Program-made: the position numbers and the translations under genes
Shown: positions 31,790-42,662 of the stretch, in pieces
Layout of the letters: each line of letters begins with the position of its first letter
Numbering within the stretch: position 1 is the stretch's first letter
Source of the DNA: Aureliella sp.
Lineage (GTDB): Bacteria; Planctomycetota; Planctomycetia; Pirellulales; Pirellulaceae
DNA: 64,000 nt
Assembly (NCBI GenBank): GCA_963691875.1
Contig: OY829846.1
Coordinates: 1,248,001 to 1,312,000, forward strand
Reading direction: 5' to 3'
Notes under the pieces: generated by a model
The model's database searches: none
The model's input: only the letters and a program-made list of their open reading frames with translations
Told to the model about the DNA's origin: nothing

Positions 31790-32635
31790 ATGGACCAAAA
31801 GACTCAACCAGTGCTTTGCTGCTTGTGCGGTAACGAATATTCGGATCCAACCCAGTTTGTCATGGAGCGTTTGTTTGGCAGTGCGAATCTCGATTGGAAA
31901 GTCATCACCGCTCAGATCCAAACCGAATCGTTCGAAGAAGCCATTGCTGGCATTCAAGCTTTACATCTCAGAGCGATTCGTTTTGGCCAGCCCTTCGATA
32001 CCGCAGGAAAGAGTAGCTTCCTAAACGACAATGCGGATGTTGAATTCGTCGGCGCGATTTCTGCGGCCCTTGATCAAGGGGATAATTGGATCGGCTGGCA
32101 TTCCTTTGGACCGGCCCTAGTTGAGTTCCTAAGTTCCAGCGTAGATTGGTCCTATTGCACTGTGTTACTTTGCGGCGATTCTATTCAGCAAAGAAGCAGT
32201 ATCCTACCTTTGCTCAAGAAAACTCCTGCGAAGCTACTCTGGCTCGACGCCGGCGAGTCTGAAGAGGACCTGGAAACATGGTTAGAACGCAGCGAATCTT
32301 CGCTGCATCAGCCCGTCGCGTTTACTGATGTAGACCAACTGCCCGACTGCCTGGGTGCTGCGAGTGAGTCGTCGGAACAAATCGTCATCATCCAACCTTC
32401 GCAATTGGCATTGGGCGCATTGGCGACTGCTGAGCCTGAAAACTGGGACAAGGTTGCGGTGTGGGATCCGACCGCATCGTTGCCCCAGGAACTTACTGAA
32501 TTGGCATCGTTTCAAGCGATTTCCTCCCACAGTTTGAACATTGCGATTGATGAATACGACTTCCAACGCTGGACCGGGGCCGAGCCTAACCGAAGCCTGC
32601 TAGTCGATGCCCACGATGAATACTGTTCTTTCTAA
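31790..32635 (+). CDS. Divergent shikimate dehydrogenase (AroE)-like protein
   Basis: PTQFVMERLF..NLDW N-terminus, VGAIS, FQRWTG C-terminus; catalytic motifs eroded. Confidence 0.6.
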   Translation: MDQKTQPVLCCLCGNEYSDPTQFVMERLFGSANLDWKVITAQIQTESFEEAIAGIQALHLRAIRFGQPFDTAGKSSFLNDNADVEFVGAISAALDQGDNWIGWHSFGPALVEFLSSSVDWSYCTVLLCGDSIQQRSSILPLLKKTPAKLLWLDAGESEEDLETWLERSESSLHQPVAFTDVDQLPDCLGAASESSEQIVIIQPSQLALGALATAEPENWDKVAVWDPTASLPQELTELASFQAISSHSLNIAIDEYDFQRWTGAEPNRSLLVDAHDEYCSF

Positions 32636-32713
32636 CCCTGGTCTGAGCTCTCTGCACTGCGTCAGCCCTAAAGCCCCTGCCCATTTCATCTCCTAAAAAC
32701 ACTGCCGAACCTG

Positions 32714-33025
32714 ATGTCCGAGTTTTCACTTCGCGTTCTTCGCACCCTCAGTGTGCTGGACGGCTTGTCCTTTATCTACCTGCTGTTCCACGCCATTTAC
32801 TCTAAGCGGATCTTGGGCGATGAAGAGGCGATTCAGGTTCCAGGGATGATTCACGGTGTGATCTTCTGCGGTCTACTTGTTGCACTTGTATTTGCCACAC
32901 TTCGACTCAGATGGCCGGTCCGGCGTCCCGCCTTGGTCTTCGCTTGCGCACTCATCCCCTTCGCGCCATTCGCCCTGGAGTTCTCGCTCGCGAAAGAGCA
33001 AGGGGAACTGCGAATCGAAAGGTAA
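32714..33025 (+). CDS. DUF3817 membrane protein
   Basis: DGLSFIYLL, GMIHGVIF, IPF motifs. Confidence 0.8.
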   Translation: MSEFSLRVLRTLSVLDGLSFIYLLFHAIYSKRILGDEEAIQVPGMIHGVIFCGLLVALVFATLRLRWPVRRPALVFACALIPFAPFALEFSLAKEQGELRIER

Positions 33026-33048
33026 CTTGTTGCAGAGAAGCTTCGACC

Positions 33049-33460
33049 TCAATCGAGCCAGACGACGGTTGGTCGTAGCTTGATTTTGCGCCTGAATAGA
33101 ATCGAGTCCAGCTTTCCGGCCGCCAGTACTAGTTCCACGCTCGAAGCCTCGAGTTCTTCGAACTGCTCATCCGTTTTGTCCATAGGAAGGCCAGCGAACG
33201 CATTTAGGAACGCTTGTGTCATCGTCGTCAAACGCGAAGGAGAGGCAGCCAAATTTGTTACAAAAATTTCGGTTCTCGCGCGAGGCTCGGCATAAGCTAC
33301 CGCACAGTCCTCTAGGCAAACTTCAGCAGATCGTTCCGCTTAGCTTTTAAACGTAGAGGCACGGTCTTGCTAGCTCAATTCATCTGGCAAGCTGCTCTTT
33401 ATCTCAGTCAAAATCTGCTTGGCAGCAAGAATCATTCGTTTGACGGCGGCAGTCTCGCAT
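33049..33460 (-). pseudogene. Decayed hypothetical gene
   Basis: One helical-looking frame interrupted by in-frame TAG (33370-72) and TAA (33340-42). Confidence 0.35.
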
Positions 33461-34118
33461 TTACCTCATCCCGCAAACTGAATCAGAAGTAGCACGACGA
33501 AGATCAGCCGTTTTAGGTCTATCAATCTACTCCCAGTGGTATTCAGCTTTCCTCTTGTTCGCAGCTCTACTATTTTTGCTATGACTTTGGCATTTTTCTG
33601 AATCGTAAAATCAGTGTAATAGGAACCAGCACCAGAGAGCTCAATACAACATAGTTCCACCATGCTGACGACTGTCAATCGATCACACATCGATTGGGAT
33701 TCGGTGGATCGTAGAAGACAGTGACTTCATTGCACTGCTCGGATATCTTGCCTGCCGTTGAACGGTCTTCGCTGGCGAATCGAAACGAGTACCGACCTGC
33801 TTCATAGTCCTTTCCTTCAACGACGAGCTGATGTCAGAATCGATAGAAGTTGGTGGCTCTTTCTTGATGCTGACTCTTGCCGGTCTTCGAAACGGTAATG
33901 CGTCCTGATGTTGACGGCCATGAGGCTGCCTCCCATCGTCGGCTCATGTTTTGCCAAGACGGAATCACCAATAACCCTATGCCAATCGCCGCAGCAGCAA
34001 AGAGTGGAAACCAGAATTCTCAATTGATTCTGCGAAGCTGACTGAGCGTTGTAAGGATGACCTCTCTGATATTGCTATGCGCATTGTGATAGCGGACAGC
34101 AGGACATACGTTGCAAGC

Positions 34119-34739
34119 TCAATCGTTCCCAAAAGTCACAATCTCGGTCCCTTCCCTGGCATCATAGCTTAGCAACAATGCGTCTGAACGAGCGAACTGA
34201 CGGATTATGCTGTGATAAAGCGTATGCTCGTTTGGCCAAGGGTAGGCGTAGATTAAATCGAAGTCGCGAAGCTCCATGTCGAGTTCAGCATAGCCCGCTG
34301 GAAGGTCAATCACCGTTCGGTTCACCTCATCGTGGTCCGCAGGTCGCCACTCAAATTCGTCAGGTATGAAACTTCCCTGAACAAATCGTGCCTCCGGTCC
34401 ATAGGCTTCGGCTAAATCTTCCGAGTGCTCAACGAGAGTCCCATCTGCTTCAATGCCGTAAGCTTCAAATCCAAGTCGGCTTGCCATGATTGTGGTAACG
34501 CCCAAGCCAGATCCCCACTCGAGAAACACCAAGGCTTGTTCACGAAGTTTCACCAACGACCTTGCGACCTCCAAGAAATCTGCGCTGACATATCGCTCAA
34601 ACGCCGGTGCATCTTGATAGCGATCCCACAACTCTTCCGCCGCATCCCAGAGATCACCAAACTCCGCCAGCAATTCTTCATCACTGTCCAAATTGGAGTC
34701 AATTTCGCCTGGATTATTACTCACTTGAGACTCGTCCAT
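34119..34739 (-). CDS. Class I SAM-dependent methyltransferase
   Basis: FLEWGSGLG, AYGIE, FDLIYAYPWP; start MDESQ assumed. Confidence 0.85.
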   Translation of the reverse strand: MDESQVSNNPGEIDSNLDSDEELLAEFGDLWDAAEELWDRYQDAPAFERYVSADFLEVARSLVKLREQALVFLEWGSGLGVTTIMASRLGFEAYGIEADGTLVEHSEDLAEAYGPEARFVQGSFIPDEFEWRPADHDEVNRTVIDLPAGYAELDMELRDFDLIYAYPWPNEHTLYHSIIRQFARSDALLLSYDAREGTEIVTFGND

Positions 34740-35242
34740 CGGAAGTATTGATATCTGATTGCCGTATCCCAAACCATCATTCGGCTGGTAGATCTTTGAC
34801 CAGCCAGCAATTCCCTTCTTATGATTCAATCTTCGAAGAACTCCTCTGAGTAATTTGCCAGAGGGCCCATGAGATTCATCCAACAGCGGCTTGTGATAAT
34901 CCTATGAACATGCCCCTGAGGTATATCGGAATCCGAAGAGGCCGGCTCAGAACATGGGCCGCAAAGTCGGCTAGCAATATGCGTTGACTTCGAGCGTACC
35001 CTTCCAGATCAACGACAGAGATTAGCATTGCAGCTTGCTTTCAACGATCCAGCCGCGGGCCACCTCAGCAGCAATTCCTGCGATGTGCGTATCAGCTGGA
35101 ATCAGGAATTCGTTCAAGGTAAGGCCACCGATACTCGTGAAACGTTAACACGAGATACGCGTCACCGAGGGCCCCTTTCTGAGGTCCATTCCGTCAACCA
35201 AAACGCGGCTGCCAATTCGGGAAGAACTCTCGATTCGTTGCA

Positions 35243-36193
35243 CTAATACGTCTCTGGCGAGACGACAATTTCTATGCGACGGTTTTGGCTACGTCCGTCA
35301 GGGGATTGATTGTCAGCGATGGGTCGGTTCGGGCCATGAGCCGACAACGAGAGCTGCTGTGTTGGCACGCCACCACGACGCGCCAGATAGTTGATTACAG
35401 CCTGAGCTTGAGCGCTCGCCAACTGAGCAAGGCCCTGGTATCCACCTGGCACAGCAGTCGTATCAGTGTGAGCTTCGACGGCAACTCTTTGACGAGGGTA
35501 AGACCGAACCAAAGCTCCAGCGACTTGGTCCAAGGTCAATGATGCAGATGGACTTAATTGACTTGACCCAGGTGCAAACAACTGATCGCTACTCATGCGA
35601 ATCCGCAGCGAGTCTCCTTCGGGGATAATCTCTGCCCCAGAAATCTGCAGTCCGGAGATGTTGGTTCGGTTGAGCGAGTTATTTGCGGTCAAGCGAGCGC
35701 CGCCACGCAATCGCATCGACTCCTCCATCTGAGTCATCGATGCTTGCATGGCTTTTGCCTGGTCGGCATACTTTTGACTGCTGGCCAGCAACTGCTTATT
35801 CTGCTGCGTTGCGTCCTCAAGCTGACGGGCGAGTAGTTCAGAACGTTCCCTGAACGCCTGAGCTTGTTGTTGTGCCTGAGCAATTTGGGAAGTCAAGTCA
35901 CGGTTGTTTGCGTCAAGCTGTTTGACTTGCTTTTGCAATTCAATAAGCTGCGGATGCGTCTGTTGCTGGGCGAACACTGAGCCTGCGCCGGCCGCAGCTT
36001 GCGCTGCACCAGGCTGCCCAGCCAGTCCAGCATTGGGCAATCCACCGGGGGCAGGATAGGCAGCTGGATAAGTTTGAGCGCAGCCGCTTAACATCGCAGC
36101 TGAGGATAATATGCACGCGACACACAACGAAGAGGGCTTGAGAAGTTGCGCAGGATACGAATTCAAGCTTTTGCCAATGATTTTCTGTCTCAT
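35243..36193 (-). CDS. OmpA/MotB-domain lipoprotein with coiled coil
   Basis: Lipobox LSGC, Gln-rich coiled coil, LFAPGSSQL, EAHTD, NRRIEI. Confidence 0.85.
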   Translation of the reverse strand: MRQKIIGKSLNSYPAQLLKPSSLCVACILSSAAMLSGCAQTYPAAYPAPGGLPNAGLAGQPGAAQAAAGAGSVFAQQQTHPQLIELQKQVKQLDANNRDLTSQIAQAQQQAQAFRERSELLARQLEDATQQNKQLLASSQKYADQAKAMQASMTQMEESMRLRGGARLTANNSLNRTNISGLQISGAEIIPEGDSLRIRMSSDQLFAPGSSQLSPSASLTLDQVAGALVRSYPRQRVAVEAHTDTTAVPGGYQGLAQLASAQAQAVINYLARRGGVPTQQLSLSAHGPNRPIADNQSPDGRSQNRRIEIVVSPETY

Positions 36194-36323
36194 TACGCAG
36201 ACGATTTCCAAATCGGATGCATTCGATCTTCGGGGCAGAAGAACATGCTTCACTCCCGGACAAACGTTAGCTGCCTGCACGCTAGGACAGCAATAGGAAT
36301 CCGCAAATGCTAGCGAAAGAAAT

Positions 36324-37835
36324 TCAGGCTTGGAGGACGCCCTCGATGACTTGCCCATGCACGTCGGTGAGCCGACGCTTGATGCCATTGTGATAGAAGC
36401 TGAGCCGTTCATGATTGAGCCCGAGAAGGTGAAGAATGGTGGCATGAAAGTCGTAGATGGTTGCCACATCCTCAATCGCTTTATAACCAAATTCGTCGGT
36501 CGAGCCATAACTCCATGGAGCCTTGACGCCAGCTCCGGCAAGCCATGCTGTGAAGCCAGCAGGGTTGTGGTCACGCCCGCTGGCTCCGGCCTGAAAGGTT
36601 GGCATTCTCCCGAACTCGGTACACCAAATAACTAGGGTGTCCTTCAAGAGTCCACGCTGCTTCAAATCCTTGAGCAATGCGGCGGTTGGCTGGTCCAGGA
36701 CGGGGCCATGCTTGGAGTACTGTTGCTGCAGTGCCTTGTGTCCATCCCAGTTGCTGACACCTTCGCCACCTGTCTGGTAGGCTCCGTTAAAGAGTTGTAC
36801 GAAACGCACGCCTTTTTCGACCAGTCGGCGCGCCAGGATACAGTTTCTGGCGAACGATGCCTTCAACTCATTGCTTCTGTCGTCGGCGCCATACAGCCTC
36901 AGCATGGCTTTCGATTCGGAGGACATATCCGCGACCTCTGGAACGCTCAGTTGCATCTTGGCGGCCAACTGATAGCTTGATATCCTCGCTGCCAATTCGC
37001 TATCGCCAGGAAATTGCTCCAAGTGCCGTCGGTTCAGTTGCTCTAGAAACGCTCGGGTTTCGCGATCGGTTGCCTCGCCTATACCGTTGGGCCGCGCCAA
37101 GTTTCGCAGCGGTTTGGCGGCGTTGAAATCGGTCCCTTGGAATGCTGCGGGCAGAAATCCTGGCCCCCAATTGTTGACGCTTGACTGTGGCGTTCCGCGT
37201 GGGTCAGGGATGGCCACGTAAGCCGGCAGGTTCTCATTCTCGGTTCCGAGTGCCCAAGTGACCCAGGCGCCCATGCTGGGAAAGCCGTCGAGGGTGAAGC
37301 CAGTCGACATGAAATTCTCACCGGGGCCATGCGTGTTGGTTTTGCCAGTGAGAGAATGGATGAAGCAGATGTCGTCGGCCATCTCACCGATCTGCGGTAC
37401 CAAGTCTGAAATCATCTTGCCGCATTCGCCACGCGGCTTGAAGCCCCACGGGCTTTTCGTCAAGTTTCCTTGTGCCCCCTGAAACGTGATCAGTTTTTCC
37501 GCATTAGGCATCGGTTCCCCATGCCGTTTGACCAGTTCAGGTTTGTAGTCAAAGGTGTCAAGCTGACTGCACGCACCAGAGCAATAGATCATTACCACGT
37601 TTTTTGCTTTCGCGGCAAAGTGAGGCGATCTGCTTGCAAATGGCGATGACGGATCGATTTTCGGGCGAAGCGGTGAATCATCCGCCAGTAGCCGTTCCCG
37701 CCCGAGAATGCTGGCTATGGCAATTCCCGCCAAGCTATTGGCTGGATCAAACAGAAACTTTCGTCGGTTTCTCGGTTGCATCAGGTAAGGCTCTCGGGAT
37801 TCGAAGGGCTTGGCCAGATTGATTGTGCGAGGCAT
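36324..37835 (-). CDS. DUF1501 protein (Tat-exported, sulfatase-like fold)
   Basis: RRKFL Tat motif, [30 protein letters not shown]. Confidence 0.93.
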   Translation of the reverse strand: MPRTINLAKPFESREPYLMQPRNRRKFLFDPANSLAGIAIASILGRERLLADDSPLRPKIDPSSPFASRSPHFAAKAKNVVMIYCSGACSQLDTFDYKPELVKRHGEPMPNAEKLITFQGAQGNLTKSPWGFKPRGECGKMISDLVPQIGEMADDICFIHSLTGKTNTHGPGENFMSTGFTLDGFPSMGAWVTWALGTENENLPAYVAIPDPRGTPQSSVNNWGPGFLPAAFQGTDFNAAKPLRNLARPNGIGEATDRETRAFLEQLNRRHLEQFPGDSELAARISSYQLAAKMQLSVPEVADMSSESKAMLRLYGADDRSNELKASFARNCILARRLVEKGVRFVQLFNGAYQTGGEGVSNWDGHKALQQQYSKHGPVLDQPTAALLKDLKQRGLLKDTLVIWCTEFGRMPTFQAGASGRDHNPAGFTAWLAGAGVKAPWSYGSTDEFGYKAIEDVATIYDFHATILHLLGLNHERLSFYHNGIKRRLTDVHGQVIEGVLQA

Positions 37836-37838
37836 TTG

Positions 37839-40574
37839 CTAGGGGATGAACACGAATTCGTTTGCGTTGAGCATCGCCCTCGCAAACTGCGTCCAGTCTG
37901 TCCGCTGCACAAATGCTTCGGCTTCTGCGATCTCGGCCTCGTCAGGTTCACGTCCAAAGCAAAGTTCGTAAGCCAAGTGAATGCGTTTCGCGGAATCGCT
38001 CTCCGATGCTGTTAGCCGCTCTGCGAAAAATTTCGCTTGCTCCATCACAAAATGACTGTTCAGCAGGTTTAAGGCTTGCAGGGGCGTGGTCGACCTGCTG
38101 CGTTTGGGAGTCACTTGACTGTTATCGGGGCAGTCAAACACTCCGAATACGGAATCCCGTTCTTGTCTCACACGTGTCATATAAACCATTCGCCGCCAAT
38201 CATTCGGCCCAAAAGATTTTTTGGGAAAGTAGTGGCGTACGTTTTCCATTTCAATTTCAAAGGCGCTGAAGCCCGGGCCGCCCATCACTGGATTAAGCTT
38301 GCCACTCACTGCGAGCATACAGTCCCGAATGCCCTCACCCTCTAGTCTCCGCGGCGGAAATCGCCACAGCAATCGCGAGTCGGCGTCGATAGCAAGAGCT
38401 GCCTCAATGGGCTGGCTGGCCTGCTGCCAAGTCTCCGAACGCAAGATGATGCGTTGAATGTGTTTTAACGACCAATCGTTCTCAATGAGCTCGTTTGCCA
38501 GCCAGTCGAGTAACTCCGGATGCGTCGGCTCTGTTCCATTAGTGCCGAAATCGCTTGGAGTGTCGACGATTCCGGTGCCAAAGTGAAACTGCCAAAGGCG
38601 ATTGACTGCAATTCGAGCCGTCAACGGATTCTTCTCGTTTGCGATCCATTTTGCAATCGCCACCCGTCTTTGCTGTTCCGGCGCGTCGCGGTCGATGATC
38701 GGTCCGGAAAGCGATGCAATCCCTGCTGGCGGGACTTCCTCGCGAGGAGCGGTGTACTCGCCACGATAAAGTCGGTGCGTTGGACCTGGCTGGACAAATG
38801 TTCCGGCGTAAACTCTTGTAGATGCTTGGAGGCGCTGCCGAGTACTCTTGCTATTTTGCAATTGTTTGAACCAAGCCCTCCCTTTCGCAGCAAGGCTGTC
38901 TGGAAACTTGGCAAAATCGTATCGGGGCGCTGAATTCTCGGAAAAGAGATTTCGGTCTTCCGAGCTCGCCAATTGAAACCACTTCTCGCCATCTACCGAC
39001 GCAGTGATCTGATAGTTGGTCGCCAATCTATCTGAGTATTCTCCAGTTCGGTCACGCTGCCAAACAATCCTCTCGATCCGCTCTAGTTTCGCGAACTCAA
39101 TCTGCACCCAGCCGCCCGAGACCGTACTAGAAATCCAGCTCTTTGCGTTCCCGAAATTGCCGTCGTTGATATGCTTGAGTTTGTGCAACGGATGGACAAA
39201 ATCTCCCGATGAGGAAGCTCTCGCGCCATTCTGTACCAGCGCGACATTCTTCTCTGCGGAGAACACCTGGAGTTCGTCGATACATGCCTCACCTCGATTC
39301 GTTCCAAGGACATTAAACCTAACAAAACACGCCTCGACTGGAGCAAAGTCTTCGACATTCCGCTGCGCTGTTACTGGTGAACGCAAATTTGGATTCTCGA
39401 GAACATTAAACTGCTTTAGATTATCTGTCAGTTGCTTGATCATCTTATCGAGCTCTGCAATCTTTGCCTGCGTTTCTGAAGATAATGGCAAAGTTCTTTC
39501 CGCATGATTCACACCGGCGAATACCGCTGCCAGAGAGTAGTAATCGCTTTGCGAAATGGGATCAAACTTGTGGTTGTGACAGCGTGCACATCCGACGGTT
39601 AGCCCCAGGAAGGCCGTGCTCGTCGTGTTGATCATGTCGGCCAATTCGTCTTGGCGCTGCATGTTCGTCAAGTTCGGATCTTTGCTCTTTACGATATCGT
39701 TTGGCCCCGCCACCAAGAACGCCGTGCCTATCCCATCACTGATCGCGTCGCCTGCAATCTGTTCGAAGATAAACTCATCATAGGGTTTATCTTCGTTAAA
39801 CGCATTGATCACCCAGTCCCTGTAAGGCCATGCATTGGGTCGCTCGCGGTTCGTTTCGAATCCAGTTGTTTCGCCAAATCTGGCAAGGTCGAGCCAGTGT
39901 TGCGCCCAACGCTCGCCGTATCGTGGACTACGCAGCACGCTGCCCACGAGCCGCTCCCACGCATCAGGGCGATCGTCCGCGACGAAGTTTCGCACCTGCT
40001 CGGGAGTCGGCGGCATTCCGTGCATCACCATGTGCAGCCGTCGGATTAATTGCCTCCGAGGAGCCCTTCTTGAGCGTGTGAGTTGAGCTTTCAACAAACG
40101 CTTATCGATAAAGTGGTCGATCGGGCTCTCGCCATTCGCGAGAGGGACTGCAGTTTCTCGCAGTGGCTGGAAAGACCAGTGATCTGACTTGGTGGCCGCC
40201 AGTTTTTCCTCAACTGGCTTCCACATTTCTGATTGGTTAATCCACTGCCGCAAGATTTCGAGTTCTCGATCGTCAAGCGGATCAGCCTCTGGCGGCATTC
40301 GCTCGCTTGAACCCTTCGTTGTAACTCGTTGATAAAGATAGCTGCCTTGGCTGTTTCCAGGCTGGATGACTTTCTCGCCCGAATCTCCGCCTTTCAGAGC
40401 CCAAAGACTGGAGTCGAGTCTCAAACCAGATTCGGCCAGCTCTGCGCCGTGGCAATCCACGCAGTGTTTTTGCAGAACAGTTAGGGCTTCGTTATTAAGG
40501 CTGATCGTTTCATCCGCACAGCAAGTCACAACAATACAAATTATTGCAGCCAGAGAAATAACGATCCGGAACAT
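37839..40574 (-). CDS. Planctomycete cytochrome c / DUF1549 / DUF1553 (PSCyt1-3) protein with inserted discoidin (F5/8 type C)-like module
   Basis: CVDCHG, YGERWAQHWLDLAR, CARCHNHKFDP, PTHPELLDWLA, TPLQAL, NANEFVF; insert with INDG..GN..SW. Confidence 0.93.
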   Translation of the reverse strand: MFRIVISLAAIICIVVTCCADETISLNNEALTVLQKHCVDCHGAELAESGLRLDSSLWALKGGDSGEKVIQPGNSQGSYLYQRVTTKGSSERMPPEADPLDDRELEILRQWINQSEMWKPVEEKLAATKSDHWSFQPLRETAVPLANGESPIDHFIDKRLLKAQLTRSRRAPRRQLIRRLHMVMHGMPPTPEQVRNFVADDRPDAWERLVGSVLRSPRYGERWAQHWLDLARFGETTGFETNRERPNAWPYRDWVINAFNEDKPYDEFIFEQIAGDAISDGIGTAFLVAGPNDIVKSKDPNLTNMQRQDELADMINTTSTAFLGLTVGCARCHNHKFDPISQSDYYSLAAVFAGVNHAERTLPLSSETQAKIAELDKMIKQLTDNLKQFNVLENPNLRSPVTAQRNVEDFAPVEACFVRFNVLGTNRGEACIDELQVFSAEKNVALVQNGARASSSGDFVHPLHKLKHINDGNFGNAKSWISSTVSGGWVQIEFAKLERIERIVWQRDRTGEYSDRLATNYQITASVDGEKWFQLASSEDRNLFSENSAPRYDFAKFPDSLAAKGRAWFKQLQNSKSTRQRLQASTRVYAGTFVQPGPTHRLYRGEYTAPREEVPPAGIASLSGPIIDRDAPEQQRRVAIAKWIANEKNPLTARIAVNRLWQFHFGTGIVDTPSDFGTNGTEPTHPELLDWLANELIENDWSLKHIQRIILRSETWQQASQPIEAALAIDADSRLLWRFPPRRLEGEGIRDCMLAVSGKLNPVMGGPGFSAFEIEMENVRHYFPKKSFGPNDWRRMVYMTRVRQERDSVFGVFDCPDNSQVTPKRSRSTTPLQALNLLNSHFVMEQAKFFAERLTASESDSAKRIHLAYELCFGREPDEAEIAEAEAFVQRTDWTQFARAMLNANEFVFIP

Positions 40575-40896
40575 AAAATATCTTTGGCGCAGGAAGGATT
40601 GGAGAAGGCCATCGGGTGGAACCTTTATTCTAGCAAAGTCTCGGCCGGTAAAGCACAACTTGCTCCTTCGAGGCTAGCGGAGCAAGCCTAGTAAGTGCTT
40701 CACTCTTTTAGCCGACGTCGCTCGCTGCGGGCCAGCGTTTTCTTAGTTCAGCCCGACGCTAGCCGTTCGGCTCACTCCACGAATGTGTGACAGTAATGCC
40801 CCGACCGACCGCACCGACGTGTAGCGTTGGGCTTCATTACCCCTCCCGCAGGCGTGAAGGGGAATTAAGTAAAAACAAGAAAAACTCCGATTTGAC

Positions 40897-42627
40897 TTAA
40901 CCATCGTTTCGACTGGCTTGAGTCTCCGCCAACGTTCTAATGCGGCGAATCATGCCTTCCAAACCGCTGCGACGTTGAGTTGAGACGAATTGGTGGAGCC
41001 CTATACGCCGAAAGAATCCTTCCAGATCGTAGTTCAGTACTTCATCAACTTGTTGGCCGCTGAACAATTGCTGCAAAACAGCAATTAGGCCGCGAACGAT
41101 TCCTGCGTTTGAATCCGCGGCGAACTCAAATCGCGTCGCGTCAGTTGGGGCAGGACGCCCCACCAAATAAACTTCGCTCATGCAACCGGGAACCGCTTCA
41201 CTGATCTTCTTCAGAGCTTCGAAGTGATCGGGAACGGACTGCCCGAACTCCATCAGCAATTCTGTTTTGCTTTCGGCATCGTCAAAGTCCAGGAACTCTT
41301 CTTCGAGCTCTTCGGCTGCTTCTACCACCGAGCCAAACTCGGAGCTACCAAACTGGATCTGTGTGCCATTTGGGGAAGCAGGGAGCACGGCCTTTTGATT
41401 CTTACGCCCCTCGACTAACTCCATCAAACTCACTTGAAGAGCCTCTACTTCTTCTTCGGTGTTATAGAAGGCCATCGAAACGCGACTTGTCCCCGTAACC
41501 TCCATTTGTCCCATCAGAGGCATGCAGCAGTGATGTCCCGTCCTGATAGCGATGCCAGCGTTGGCGAGGTGGTTCGCAATGTCCATTGGCGCGATGGACG
41601 GAGATTCGAGCACAAAACTTAGCACCGCAGCCTTCTCGTGTGATTTGCCAATGACCCTTAGGCCGGGAACGGATTCGAGACGCTCAGTCGCTAATTCAAG
41701 AAGATGGAGCTCCCAAGCAGCAATCTTGTCAAAACCGATGTCCGCAACGTAGTCAATTGCAGCCGCGAGACCAATTGCACCCGCCATATCCGGTGTACCT
41801 GCTTCAAATCGATTAGGCAGCTTAGCGTAAGTTGTCTTGTCAAAGGCGACCGTTTCAATCATGTCCCCACCACCTTGGTAAGGCGGCATCGACTCGAGCA
41901 ACTCCCTGCGTCCCCAAAGTACTCCGATTCCGGTTGGACCAAAAAGTTTGTGCCCACTGAAAACGTAGAAATCGCAGCCAAGTTGCGAGACATCAGTTGG
42001 CTGATGACCGATCCATTGCGCGCCGTCAATGAGAACTTTCGCACCAACTTGCCGTGCTAAGTTGGTCAGCCCTGCTACATCGTGAATGGTGCCGAGTGCG
42101 TTGGAAACATGCTGTACCGCGATCATCCGAGTCCGATCCGTGATAAGCCTCTGCAACTCATCGAGCTGCAGGCAGCCATCCGGATCGCCGTACCAGACCT
42201 TCAATTCCGCGCCTGCTGCGGCGCAAGCCATTTGCCAAGGAACAATGTTAGAGTGGTGTTCGAGTCCACTTACAATCACTTCGTCTTCAGGGCCAAGCGA
42301 CAGCTTTCCCCAGCTGCTTGCGACAAGATTGATTGCTTCGGTCGTTCCACGAACGAAAATGCATTCTTCCGGACGCTCCGCACCGAGGAACTTGGCCACG
42401 CGAGCGCGAGCCGCCTCGTAGCGATCTGTGGCTCGTTGACTGAGTTCGTATAGACCCCGATGAACATTAGCGTTATCCTGCTCGTAGAAATTTGTGATCG
42501 CTTCGATGACTTGACGAGGTTTCTGAGTAGTCGCGCCGTTGTCGAAGTAGATGAGCTGTTTGCCATTCATCTCTGTGTGCAGAATCGGAAAATCCTGCCG
42601 GATACGTTTTAGCCAATCACTTGCCAT
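40897..42627 (-). CDS. sufS: Group II cysteine desulfurase SufS fused to a C-terminal SufE domain
   Basis: YFDNGATTQKP, EHHSN, SGHK, RTGHHC; C-terminal VPGCMSEVY, DSNAGIVRGL, QRRSGL (SufE). Confidence 0.92.
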   Translation of the reverse strand: MASDWLKRIRQDFPILHTEMNGKQLIYFDNGATTQKPRQVIEAITNFYEQDNANVHRGLYELSQRATDRYEAARARVAKFLGAERPEECIFVRGTTEAINLVASSWGKLSLGPEDEVIVSGLEHHSNIVPWQMACAAAGAELKVWYGDPDGCLQLDELQRLITDRTRMIAVQHVSNALGTIHDVAGLTNLARQVGAKVLIDGAQWIGHQPTDVSQLGCDFYVFSGHKLFGPTGIGVLWGRRELLESMPPYQGGGDMIETVAFDKTTYAKLPNRFEAGTPDMAGAIGLAAAIDYVADIGFDKIAAWELHLLELATERLESVPGLRVIGKSHEKAAVLSFVLESPSIAPMDIANHLANAGIAIRTGHHCCMPLMGQMEVTGTSRVSMAFYNTEEEVEALQVSLMELVEGRKNQKAVLPASPNGTQIQFGSSEFGSVVEAAEELEEEFLDFDDAESKTELLMEFGQSVPDHFEALKKISEAVPGCMSEVYLVGRPAPTDATRFEFAADSNAGIVRGLIAVLQQLFSGQQVDEVLNYDLEGFFRRIGLHQFVSTQRRSGLEGMIRRIRTLAETQASRNDG

Positions 42628-42662
42628 AAGTTCAGTTTGCCGTTTGTTCCAATTTCTGAGAG

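Noticed and set aside
36194..36574. N-terminal extension of the OmpA ORF
   Set aside because: Overlaps the DUF1501 gene in another frame; the lipoprotein signal supports a start at 36193
36324..40574. DUF1553/DUF1501 pair as a novel system
   Set aside because: Very common planctomycete paralog pair; only the discoidin-like insert is mildly notable
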